Source: Trichoplax adhaerens (taxonomy: Eukaryota > Animalia > Placozoa). Taken from it: a stretch of DNA of 64,000 nucleotides. Under the pieces are notes generated by a model. The model had not been told where the DNA came from. It did no database searches and saw only the letters and a list, made by a program, of their open reading frames with translations. Every line of letters begins with the position of its first letter. Position 1 is the first letter of the stretch. A program made the translations under genes and the position numbers. The DNA is taken from NCBI RefSeq assembly GCF_000150275.1, contig NW_002060961.1, positions 787,128 through 851,127 of the forward strand. Reading direction: 5' to 3'. Positions 40,625 through 53,220 of this stretch are shown here, in pieces.

Positions 40625-43600
40625 AGGTATTTATTTTTTTTATTATTTCCATACTTAAAAAATAAATTGCCGAAATCAATTTCTATAACGATTCAATGGC
40701 TTTTTGACAGTTCTAGCTCATTTAAAAATCAGATTCGTATTTTTGAATCTAATCAAGCACTTACTAATATTTCATCAATTACAGTCTACTGCTGCGAAGT
40801 TATTTGATACTCGTCAGCTCGTTTATGTTAGATACTTCACGATTAAAGATTGTGACGGACAATTATGCGGTTATTTAGTAGCTGAGAGCTAGCAGTTTAG
40901 TAGTTTAATTTAAAGTCTAGAGTAAAATTTTAGATTAATTTCCAGAAATTCTGCTTAAACTTGTATGACAGCATTATTAAATTTTTGTAATATAACATCT
41001 CAACTTAGTATTTTTACCTAAGCCATGCTTCATTAAAAATTATAATGGTGTTTTTTAAAGGCATATAGCGAATAAATTTTTTCATTTTCTCCTATATTAC
41101 ATATTAAGATATAAGGTAGTCTTCAAATAGAAAAATTATTTAGGAATAGTATCTGTATGAATTGGAATATGGTATTGCTACAGTTTCGATAAATAATAAT
41201 TCATTCTCTAATTATGCTTACTTTGCAATCATAATTATATCCTAGACTTTGAAAATGACTTTAAGCACGGACTTACAGTATTTACTACTGAGCTTGGATC
41301 AAAATGTGATATCTAAAAAGCCTAAGCGCAAAAAAGCAAATCTGAAAAGCTCAAAAACAGTAAGGTTCTCTTAACTTATGTATCAAGTGCAGAGTGCAAT
41401 TTTATTTTCTAGCACTATAAAATAAGACGCGGCTTTAGGAATTTTTCTTTGTCAAATGAATAAAATTTGACTCTACTACAAAATTGCATAACACCATATT
41501 TATAATCAAGTAAACTATCGTAACTACATGTTAACAAATATTTCTATTTCAATTTTCATTCTAAGTACAATTCAAATGATAAAATTGAACATCGCATTAA
41601 CCTTTTCATAATATTTTAATGGTTAAAATACAACAGTTAAAGTGATAATCATCTAACTCAGTAAAATAAAATCATTAGTATTCATTACATTAGTTGGATA
41701 CGTCTAGGCTATAGTTCTAAATAGAATCTATAAATAGCTGATGCAGCCGAAATAATGATAAAATTAGATCTGATTATCATATCAAGCTTTATTAGTACTG
41801 TAATTTCATGTTATAATACTTATATTCCCGATTTAAATGCCGTCATATTTCATTTTCTATTTGTGGTACTGATCCGTTAGAACGGTAAAGGCACATTGAT
41901 TGTCAGAAATTTTATTTAATGATCATAACTATCCATATTGTAATAAATATATTCTGACTTAAAAGAATTAAAATCTGCTGAAAATTTTGTATTGATCTAT
42001 TTGGATTGTCATGCTATATACTATATAACAATAAAATAGGCTAGTAGACAGTATCTTTCTGCATGATTTCTACTGCATGGTAAATTAAAAAAATTTGAAG
42101 CTAGACACCCGGGTATTACGCGTAATGGCCAATATTACCGGGCAATACGCGTATTGGCCAACTTCGGGTTTTGACCGTAACTTATATACAAGTACTGATA
42201 ATTTTTTGTATTAAACATGATTCTCTGATTATTTTGATTCTTGATAAATTTAATCCTTGCCGGCATAGTTCTACACTCTTCGAAATGGGTATAAACACTG
42301 GGTACTACATTTAACGCCTGTTGCTAATGTGGTCGTTGTTAGCAACCTAATTTTTTCAACTTTTAATAAAATTTGATGTATTTAATCTCTAGTATATTTT
42401 CGCTAGAAAGCCTTACAGAGACGTATAATGCACCAGTTTTTACAGAAAATTAGAACATTTACGGGTGTTTAGATATATCTTTATCACATTAGAGCTTATT
42501 AAGCAAACAAATCTTGAGATTTACGTACTTACGTGAAGACAATATAATTTCGAAATGTCTTTCCTGTCGCAATTTACTGTAAACACATCGAAATAGCATT
42601 TCAATTTATTCTCTTATTAAAAATAGAAATAACGCGTTCAGTAACAGTTACCAGAGAATTATTTGTTACTACTATGTTATTATTTGAATATTACGTTCTT
42701 TCGGAAGCGTTTATTTAATTATACTGATAGCACAATTGTATTTATGAGCCAATTTGCCATTTCTTTTAATTTTAGTTGTGGAATTTTTAATTTAAACTTA
42801 GTACAAATTTTTGCTTACTACATACCATATTACTTGAAGTTTTAATCGAGTTCAAAGGCAATAAAATCAAATTTTTTCTAGTCTTGTTTTTTTGGGCAAT
42901 AATTACATCTAGTCTATCTATGATTCTACAGAATTTTAACTCTAGTTTTTGGATTGGAATTTAACTTCCGGTTAGCATCAACTTCTATCTCTATTGTAGT
43001 ATTTAGTTTTATGTACATCACCATAATCACAGTGCTTAATTTCAGTGTTTATTTACGGTAATATATTCTTAATAACGTAAAAGACCTAATCTAGACGGAT
43101 GAATACAGCATGTAATTGAAGTAAAGTAGGTTTAGTTTGTTGAAATAAAATCTCAAAGGGTAAAATAAAGGGATAATCCAAAATCTTTAATCCTGCTTTC
43201 AGCTACTATAATAGAGCCGCTGTCTACACTGATTTCGTTTTATTAGTTATAAATATATATTATGCGGATTAATGATGAACATTAATTTAGATATTTCCAT
43301 TGTTATCTACGCACATGACCATAATGACAACATCATTTATTTGCTGTAACACGATTCGAAGGATCCTATCTATACTAAGTACTGGATTATATTACTCGAT
43401 GCCACATTTAGGGTTTTATAAGCTATTTACCTGATACTAAATAAATTGTAGTTGATAATTGGTCACTGCATTAAAATTATACTTAATGATGCAAGACCGT
43501 AAAATGGCGAAGAACATTACAAAGAATCGTTTTAAGGCTGAATGGTTGATAATAATGGCAATATTGTAATTAACAGATATAAATAGAAGTAGGGTACTTT

Positions 43601-44080
43601 CCGAGAGTAATTTTCATATTAGAGATAGTTTTTATATTTGTAATAGTATTAAGCTTAATAAACTACATTATATTGAAAACTAAATTATCCTTGATGATGA
43701 CTCCAAAGCTGTTTAACCCTTTAACAGAGTAAGTACAAGGTAATGATGACTTATAATTGCCTGCGGTCTAAGCGGAAGTAAAGAAAATACTATCAGCTTA
43801 CTAATATAACCACAGCATATTCTATCTGCAATATAAATATATCTTAAAATTACTGTTAGTTGGCAGAACACGGAATTATGAAATTGTATCTTGTGTAGCT
43901 CATATTAAATGGGGAGAAGAACTAACTAGCACTTCAATTTGAATAGCTTATCTAATAATTATTAAATAGTAGTCATGAATACTCATTCAATTTTAAAATA
44001 TTATCCGTCCGTTATGCAAAAATAGCCCAAAATGTTCATTGGTTATTGCTTATGATATCATGAAATTAAGCGATGTTGAC

Positions 44081-44901
44081 ATGGACGATCTAGTAACGAA
44101 ATTAATTGTCCCACAAGAGGCAAAAGGTGTTCAACGATAAAGGTAATGAAGATTATAATTGGAGGAATTATTCTTTGGCACGGTTTTATTGTAAACAGGC
44201 CTTGAAAAAAGTTCAAATTCTCTATACGAATGCTGTTTGCGATCAGTTAACATGTCATTTTTAACTTCTAATTTCTGATACGTACCGAAGAGAAAATTAA
44301 TGGAAAAATGCATGAAAATATTTACGGAAAGCAGAAAACTAGGCTAATAAACTTGATGACAAAGTACAGATTGCTATTTGCCTGGATATTCGAGGGATGG
44401 TAAATCTTTCAAAAGAATACTATTGTAAAGGATAGCAATATTTAAATCGTTCACTTCGATTAAAATTACAAGCACTAGGACAAAAAAACATTAATATTAC
44501 TGACTCGTACTATTACATTGGAATCACCAGTTTTCATCAATGTTATTATGACCATGCACTAGCTATGTTTTGGCAAGCCCTCACTATTTTGCAAAGGATG
44601 CCTGATCATAAATCTAAAATTGCTGGATTAAGAAATAATATGGAAGTTATTTATCATCATCGATCAAGGTATCAGGATGCTCTGGAACAGTATCAACAGG
44701 CGCTACGTCTTCGATTACGACTATCAGAGGATATCTATTCGATGTTATCGGACCCTACAAAAATATTGGACTAGTTTATGAGAATCAAGGCCAATACGAT
44801 TATGCATTAAATATGTATAAAATGGCTTTAGATATGGAGTCGAAACATGCCCGTGCAAATTATTCAGCTACAAATGCGGGATTTGCTACTTTAAAAGAAT
44901 A
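44081..44901 (+). pseudogene. Degenerate paralog of the upstream TPR gene
   Basis: Translation KGNEDYNWRNYSLARFYCKQALKK...DQLTCHF*LLISDTYR...*...LDDKVQIAICLDIRG...*QYLNRSLRLKLQALG..N.NITDSYY.IG is collinear with the 39505 protein but has at least 5 in-frame stops plus frameshifts. Confidence 0.85.
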
Positions 44902-45664
44902 AAGAGTTCAAAGCTTTACAGATTCTTTCTAGTATCTTGCTAGGCGCATAACTTAAATATGGACAATCTTCTACCGTCAGTAAATCGTGCTTAAGGTATA
45001 TTTCTAATCCAATTAGACTAATAGTTAATTCATAAATTGCATTTGTATATTTTTCGCAATTTCTTGCAGGTAATTTGTTTTATAAAAACGGTTGTTGGCG
45101 AGTATGGTCATTAGACAGTTTTATCTGGCTTTATTGGTGGTTTGTTTTTGACTATTTTAAGCTAACTTGAAGCAAACTCTTTTGCTCAATTGAGCCGAAT
45201 TTTATCTAGTATGCTTAGAAATTTTTCAATGGGAGGTTCTCGAATGAGATTAATGCTAACTACTCGTGTAATTATTTTATTACTTTAAGTATAATTATTG
45301 ATATATAATTGCCGGGTATTGTTACAAATCTCATCGGAGAATAGGGTTCTAAGTCTTTAACTAATTACTGTAGTGTATTTTTTAGTGCAACCAATTCATA
45401 TAAAATCATAACAAGTATATTTTACGCACTTTTTACAGATCATTTGTTTCATAACAACAGTTGTTGGCAATAATCATCATTAGAATATTCTATCTAACTC
45501 TATTAGTCATTTGCTTCATGATTGCTTTAAACCAACTTATGATGACTGTGTTGTAGATTTGTAATACCGTGCATGATTATATTAGAAAAGGCGGATCGAT
45601 AATTTACTATAGATAATCATATTTTGTAAAGTAAACTATAGCTAGAATAGTTAGTAATTAAATG

Positions 45665-45936
45665 TATGAGTTAAATGCTACAACCCACAAGGCGAAAAAT
45701 GTAAGCTGAAATATCTATAAATACCCGGCATTTTTAATAATATAGCTTTAGTCGCAAATCTCCCTGGCAAAGTAGAACTCACTGCGTAATAGCAGAGCAT
45801 TCGATATATGAGTTAAATGCTACGACCCACAAGGCAAAAGGTGTAAGCTGAAATATCTATAAATACCCGGCATTTTTAATAATAAAGCTTTAGTCGCAAA
45901 TCTTCCTGGCAAAGTAGAACTCACTGCTTAATAGCA
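45665..45936. repeat. Near-identical two-copy direct repeat, about 142-bp period
   Basis: tatgagttaaatgctac...gtagaactcactgc.taatagca at 45665 and 45807. Confidence 0.92.
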
Positions 45937-46419
45937 TAACATAACATACTTTAGTTATGTCATCTTCATTATGGGTTGAAATAAATATTAAAAATGTTAC
46001 AATTGCTTATCATAGGGAATAGAACTCCATCGATTCCGAGATTTTAGAATAGTTTTGCACTAGCAGGAAATGCATGTGGTTGAATCCAATAGCTGATAAA
46101 ATACTGTCATGATTTCAGCTAATTGCAGTAGTTCTGCGCTATACTACAGATATTTTACTATTGCCAAAGATTGGAGTACTGGCACTATCGTTAGCCTACT
46201 TTTTGCAGTAAAATCTTCGGTCATACCTTGAATAAAATAGAGGTATAGTGTGTGACTAATAATACGTGTAGAATAGCTTGCTTATTATCCTTAGTGTCTA
46301 GAGAAAAAGTTATTGCAGTAAATTACTATCGTATTTCCTTTGATGCCTTGCTACTAGTAGGATGAAATTGAAATTCAGTACGTTAAGCACCAAGGAAAAA
46401 TGATTCATAAAATGGTGGT

Positions 46420-46598
46420 AATGAGTTTTTAGCACGAATGAAAGAATTCTTTTTTAATCTCTAGTCGGTACTAGTAAGATGGAATTCAAACTCGGTTCGT
46501 TAAGCTATATAATTGTGGCAATGAGTTTAGGGGCTAATGAAAGAATTCTTTTTTAATCTCCAGCACAGTACTAGTAAAATGGAATTGAAATTTGGTTA
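46420..46598. repeat. Two-copy direct repeat, about 100-bp period
   Basis: aatgagttt...aatgaaagaattcttttttaatctc...gtactagtaa.atggaatt occurs twice. Confidence 0.85.
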
Positions 46599-47341
46599 TT
46601 TTCTCCTTCAGTTAATCTCAAATCTTCAAGAATAACCTTTCAAAGTTTCAATCATTGACAACACATGTTTAGCCTGAAGCAATCGATTTATTGATTGCCA
46701 CTGATAGACATCAGCAGCAATAGAACTTGTTATTATATAATCTACATTGATCGAGTACCAAATTCTTCTTTTCCATGCTTTGACAATTCAATCTGTACTA
46801 CGCCCTGTACATTAGAGTTATAGAATAAATTGAAATTTGAAAAATGATCTAGTTAATTTAGGCGAAATAGCGTAGATATGTGTGTTATATTATTATCTCT
46901 TTATATTGATATGGATTATCGATGAATTGCTTGAACTAGGGATAAACTTGTTAAAGTAGACTCTTCTACTGATCGTAAAATGAATGAAATCGAGATTTAA
47001 CATTTTAATTAATAACTATTTTCATAGTAGAGAACGCAATGATTTCTATAAGTACATTATTCAATTAGCTCTAGCTATTTCAATGACGAAATAGGACAGC
47101 CAATTTAATTTTACACAATTCATTTTTAGAAGTTATATTCAATTTTTCCAAATCAACGATTAATTATTAATACATTAATGGAAATTTTCATCATCAACAA
47201 ATGGTATAGAATTGGAAAACACTGCTTTAATTAAATAAGAATTTCCATAAATTGGATATGAATAGACATCAACCATCGATTGATTTGCTACATCGATGTA
47301 AAAAGCTATAAATGATAGCAAACGGATTGCAATATCTTATT

Positions 47342-50300
47342 TTATAAGTTAATCTCTTCTAAATCATCATCGAATCCGAAATCTTCTATAGCTGTTTTAT
47401 TGCTTTTGGCAATGATATTATCGTTTTTAGCTCGAGGTCTACCTAATGTTACTCGGTCTCCATTGGATTCTTTTTTACCCCAGGGATATGATTTAGATTG
47501 ATTTTCAGATAGATCAAAAGGACCATCGTCGTCATTTTTATCGTCTATGGATTGGATTGCGGTCGTTGTTTTAGAGCTTTTATTGGGCTTAGTATGGAAA
47601 AAATCATCGTCATTATCGCCAAAAACCGAGGATGATTTACTCTTGTTGTGATCGTTTCTTGATCCGCCTTGTGGGGAATCAAAGAGACCATCGCGATTTC
47701 GACTTTTTCCTCTTGAGGTAGGATTACTCCTATTTGCTGGTATTTGAAATGGATTCTCATCGAGATCATCATCATCATCGTCATCATCATCATCTAATAA
47801 GATTGTATCCTTTTTGCTCGTTGTATACGATTTCTTTGGTTTTGTATCGAGTAGGAAATCTTCACCATCGTCTCCACCACCGAAAACATCGATTGGGTCA
47901 TGATTACTTGGTGTCTTGTTAGTATTGCCATAAGCTCGACGTCCATGAATTGGTTTTTGTGGAACTCTAGGGGATAAATCTTCATCCATGGCTGAATTCG
48001 GTTTACTACCTTGCTTGCTGTCATTGGAATTGAGTGTAGTCGATTTGGAGCTTTTACTATTTTTAGTGCCATAGTAATCGTCGTCTGTTGATAAGGCTGG
48101 ACGTCCTTGGTGGAGGTTTTCTGTTTTAAAATTGGCTTTATGGCCACTTTTAATTGCATGATCATTGCCAGTGCCTCGGCCAGAATCGTCATCAATTTGC
48201 TCTGGTGGCGATGATAGAGTAATTTTATCTCTTACTGTATCATTTTTATAGGTTTCGCTTGCTCGTAAACGTGCCAAGAGTTCATCTTTTTTGCGGCGTT
48301 CTTCAGCCGCTTTTTCTGCAGCTAAGCGCTCTTCTTCTTGGCGCATTCTTTCTTCCTCTACTTGTCGACGTTGTGCATCTTCTTCGCGTTGTCGTCGCTC
48401 TCGTTCTTCTCGTTGTCTTTTTTCTTCTTCATCTATTTGACGTCTCTCGTCTTCCAATCGGCGCCTTCTTCTTTCTTCTTCTTGCCTTTCAGCTTCTAAT
48501 TTTGCTCGTCTTTCTTCTTCATCACGTCGTAACTGCTCATCATGGCGATGTCGTCGTTCCTGTTCTAATTTTCTCTGTTCATCTAATTCTTTCTGCCGCC
48601 TCTTCTCTTCCTCCTCCTTCCTTCTTAATTCTTCTTGGCGTAACTTTTCTTCCTCTTTTTGTTTCTCCTTCTCCTTGGCTAAACGTTTTTCAATCTCTTC
48701 ACGTTCTTTCTGGATATTATGACTGCCATGTTTTAACGAAGTACTTAATATCGAATCAATCGTGTCTTTCTCGCTACGATCTGTTAATAATTTACCATTG
48801 CCCTTAGATTGCCTAACGCTGTAAATATTGAGTAGGTCTAATTCTCGTTCTTTTTCCTGTCGGAGAAAAATCAAATAAGCAATGGTTACATTTCATGATG
48901 ATGTTGAAGAATAGCGGAAGAAGTAACATATCTTGAGTTGATCCTATACTGTAATTTTATACTACGCGTAAGTTGCCTTGATAATTATTTTGATTCTCAG
49001 GGCTAGTTTATGACAGCTTATTCCATGCTACGGTATCACTCTGCAGCTTATTTAGATAGAATGCATTTGCAAAGTGTTTGTTGTAGAGGCAGCTAATATT
49101 ACAAGTGTTGCATAATCGTGTAAGGGCTAGTGGAAAGGAATGAAGATTTAGTAGGAACTGATGAAGGTTTGTAGCAAGTGCAATAGATTGGATATCCTTC
49201 TAAGCAGGGTTCTATTCTACTTCATTCTTGGTTCAGGAGCAATTTATAGCCGCTGTATCTTCATTTAAACTTCGACCTTCTCATCAATTCAATAGAATCA
49301 CGAATTATATTTCTATTCCATGTTGGAAAATTATCGAGTGGGGCTGTATAACTACAACTTTTAAAACAGTAAGAAAGACTTTAATAAATGGATCACTTGG
49401 TCTTAATTGATTGCACAAGGTTATCGTAATACTGCTCATGGATTGACTGAGGCATTTTACCTACTCCTATAGCATGCCTGATCAAGAAATGAATTTACTA
49501 ATAAAGTAGTGCTATATCTTTGACTTACTTTTAATGCATGTTGTAGTTGCCTGTTCTCTTGAAGGGCGGAATCAAGTGTTTGTTGAGTATGTTTAAATCG
49601 CTTGCCTTGTTCTTTCATATCTCGGTTTTTAAAATTAATTTCAAGTTCTTTCGATTTTTCTAGATCCTGTATTAGATTAAGGGATATGATTCAATTAAAT
49701 TGCAGTAACTTATACCAGGCTATATTTTAATATAAAATGCTAATGTCTAGAATCATTTTACAGCAAGGCATTGATCGCATATTTCACTGCGACTGTTAGC
49801 ATTCACAATCTCGATCTATCAAACATGAAATTGCGATAGACTTTGCCATTAAATTAAGAAGGTTTGTCTTTTAATATGCGAAGCTAATATTATGCCACTG
49901 CTGCAGCTCTTAATTTTATCCTGTAATTAATCTGTGGTTTAGAATTGAAACGCGATCGATCGTGAACTAGAGAGGCTATCTGGACTTTGCATTTAAATCC
50001 AGAAATGAATATTGATTGTGTTTAAATATTGGATGATCTGATTCGCTATGGTACCGCAAATTATCGTTAATATGAATAATTCAATGGGTGAATAAAAAAC
50101 GATTACCGATGGAATAATCATGTTCCTACTAATAGTCTAATACGAGTATTGCATTAGCGTAGAATAGCGTAATTAAAAAGAAAAATCAAGTTACACTTAT
50201 GATGTTGATTAGACTAACCATGATTTTCTTGTCTCTGTCTGCTAATTTCTGTTTAAGTTCATCTACTTCCGTGGATAATTTTTCTCTCTCAGCCAAATTG

Positions 50301-51921
50301 TTATCCTCTACTAATACCTTTAATTTTTTATTCTTGTCTTCTAGCTTCCATAATCGATCGTCTTTTTCCTTCATTTGTTGCTGAGAAGTCTGTAGATTCT
50401 CTTGGGTTTTTCTTAATCGTTCCCGTAAATTATTGACTTCCCTCATATGATTTTGAATTAAGCTTGGTAGCTCGGCATCTTGACCTTCGTATTTAGTCAA
50501 GGCTTTAGACTGTCGTTGCTGGACATTTTTAAGGATTTTATTTTCTTCTTTTAGGTCTTTAATTTGTCTTTTCATGTCGGCCAATTTATCTTGTAATTCG
50601 GTAATAACACTACGATTGGCATTAAGTAATTGTTGAGCGACAAAATCTTTCGGTTTACTTGTGTAATTATTGGTAGCACTTCCAGCATAGTGACGTTGAA
50701 GTCCGGCTACTTTTTTGGCATTTTTGGATTTATTTTTTCCTTCTAATCCAATGACAATAATAAAAAAAGTCATAATTAGAATTTTTAAAATGGATCTATC
50801 GTGATAGTATGGCTATTTCTGCCTTAATGACTTTGCAATTTCCCTCAAAATAGGTTGTGGTTATATTTAATTTTGTATCCATCCAGTGATATTAATAAAC
50901 ATTAAAATAAAGGTAAATCTATATTAATGATTGCCTAGGATAACGTAGGAACGGGATAACTTGGACAGAAACGAATGATGCTATTAAATATAATTATAGA
51001 AGACAAATTTTGTATTAGTTGACGAAACTACTAGTGTAATGTATCTATCAATTTTTCCTATATGTAGAAATGGAATAAAAATTTCTTTTCGTTCCATCGG
51101 TGGCTGTATCAATGCACTAATCGGACGCATTTCTTAATTTGCAATGTCTGTGATGATACTCAAACATTGAACAAAACTAAAAAAGAGCACAATACTAATT
51201 AGCCATTTTTTTTTTGTCTAAGATTGAGTTTGGCCTATACAGTAGGTATTAATTTAATGACAACAAGTTCAGATTGGCAAGTTAAAGCTGTCAACGTCAG
51301 TACTAAAACGTGTTGTAGGTTAGGGATTTACCAGATTATTCAAACTGAAAAAATTTCCATATTTCTAGCGATTGCATATGTACTCTTGCTGTGAGTTCAT
51401 CATCTTGCTATCATTTTGTAATTAGTAAGCAAAAAATAGGACTATTATCATACTGCTGGTTCATCATGAAAGCAGATCATCAAAATGAGTCAGTTTACGT
51501 CTATTTAAACCCAAACAGTCCTAGAAGAATTTATCTTTAATTTATGTTACAGTCTATTCTGTTGTAAATCATCATGTAAAAAAGTTTTTTATCACTTTAA
51601 CACTTGATGACTACCCGTTCTTGGTATTTCTAACGCCATGATTTGATTATACCAATCATTTTAGCAAAGCAGGATTGACCTACTTACAGAGATACATGAC
51701 TTACTTGCTCTATTGGTTGAAAGCTTGCTGGTAGATCCTTTAAGGCCTTTTCGAGGCGATTTTGCTCGCTCAGGTGTTCTTGATCTTGATCGACTACGTA
51801 AGCTATTACCATCTTCAAAGTCATCGTCATAAGTAGAATAGTCATCTTCACTGTAACTTTTCGATGATTGCCGTGAATCGTAAGATGCCATTCCAACAGG
51901 AGTTATCTGCTTCTCTTTCAT
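47342..51921 (-). CDS. LCA5: Lebercilin (LCA5/LCA5L family ciliary coiled-coil protein), about 787-797 aa
   Basis: Exons 51921 (or ATG 51891)-51705, 50742-50219, 49666-49529, 48856-47342, phase-consistent. Lebercilin domain ITELQ...ENKILKNVQQRQSKALTKYE...LRERLRKTQE, EKERELDLLNIYS (human KEKERELDIKNIYS) and acidic C-terminus DDDLEEINL. Confidence 0.9.
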
Positions 51922-52701
51922 CAATTGGAGTACAGTTTTTTGATAAATAAAATAGTTACAGTATACGATGACTAGTTTAATGTGTGGGTAATATTTTGGA
52001 TAGATTTGATTGAAGGATGAAATAGTTCAAAATCAAAGGAATAAAGAATAAAATGAGCAAAACGCTGCCTGATGACTGATGAGATTAATTGTGTGTTGAT
52101 ACTATTAAGTTGATACTAGACTATTTACTAATAATCTTATATCTTGTATTCAAGATGGTTCGGTCGTTCTTTTCTTGAGATAAATCGATTATTTTTATCC
52201 AGTACTCTGTTCTGAAGAGGTTGCTTAATTAAATTGGATAATGGCAGCAAATTCCAGATACTTTATGATGATTTTTCAAATTCAACTTTTTTGAAGGTCG
52301 TAGCTTCGTCTTTTAAGGTGTAATGTTTTAAGTAGAAGAGGGATTTAATGTTGTTCACTCAAGACTGGCTTGATCTATTTTGGATACTGTATGATTGATG
52401 AATAAAATGGTTAATAATTTCAATACCTAATCAATTCGGTTTTTCTAGTAGGATAAAGTAAAGGCTGGAGGCGAATAAGTTAGACGTCCATCGTGGATTT
52501 AACCAGTTGCGATTTGCTAACTTTCCAACTAATTTCAACTGTATTTGTATGTTTCTACGTCACTACTAATAGACGATTTGATATTAAAGCTTTAGGTAAA
52601 GTGATATTTCTATTTTAAGCCCGATCATATAATATTATATATGGGTAAAGTTGAATATGCTACTCGAAATTAGCAACCCGATCATAAAGGAGTGTTATGG
52701 C

Positions 52702-52715
52702 GTTTCTATGGTAAC
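52702..52715. promoter_or_regulatory. RFX X-box upstream of LCA5
   Basis: GTTTCTATGGTAAC fits the X-box consensus GTHNYY-AT-RRNAAC and lies about 0.8 kb 5' of a ciliary gene. Confidence 0.65.
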
Positions 52716-52913
52716 CTACGCAACAAGCCCATTGTCAACATGGATGACTAATTTGCATTCTGCTCCTGTCTTTACTATCTCGCTGGCAGCTTGTTTTACG
52801 ACAGTGAATTCTCCTACTAGGTCATGAACGAATTGAAATAACTGTAGTCCAAGTGTAGATTTAAAATTGCATTGTTTGTACTCATTTTTGGCATTGTAGT
52901 ATAAAGATTAGTA

Positions 52914-53036
52914 GGTCAGGCCAGGGACTTTCGATAAAAAACGATTCCTCAAAAATGGAAGAAAGACTTCCATTTTTATAGATTATATTTTTCATTTTTT
53001 AGGAATCATTTCTATCGAGAAGTCGCTGGCCAGACC
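52914..53036. mobile_element. Foldback/MITE-like element with about 45-bp imperfect inverted arms
   Basis: ggtcaggccagggactttcgata...gattcctcaaaaatg pairs with catttttt-aggaatc...tatcgagaagtcgctggccagacc. No clear target-site duplication. Confidence 0.5.
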
Positions 53037-53220
53037 ATGGTCTGGTATAGCCAGCTATGCATTGCAAAAAAAATAATATTTGTTTATGCTTGCTCGATAT
53101 AACAGTATTTTTTACTGATATCTAACCGTAATTTGCTCGTCAACCTCGATGCATTTATTCAAGTGGTGAGGGCATATTTATATATATATATACGCGTACT
53201 ATATCTATACGTAATTTACT

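Noticed and set aside
47545-48807. ORFs overlapping LCA5 exon 4, including a hydrophobic 182-aa plus-strand ORF
   Set aside because: Antisense or off-frame products of the E/R/K- and D-rich coding sequence
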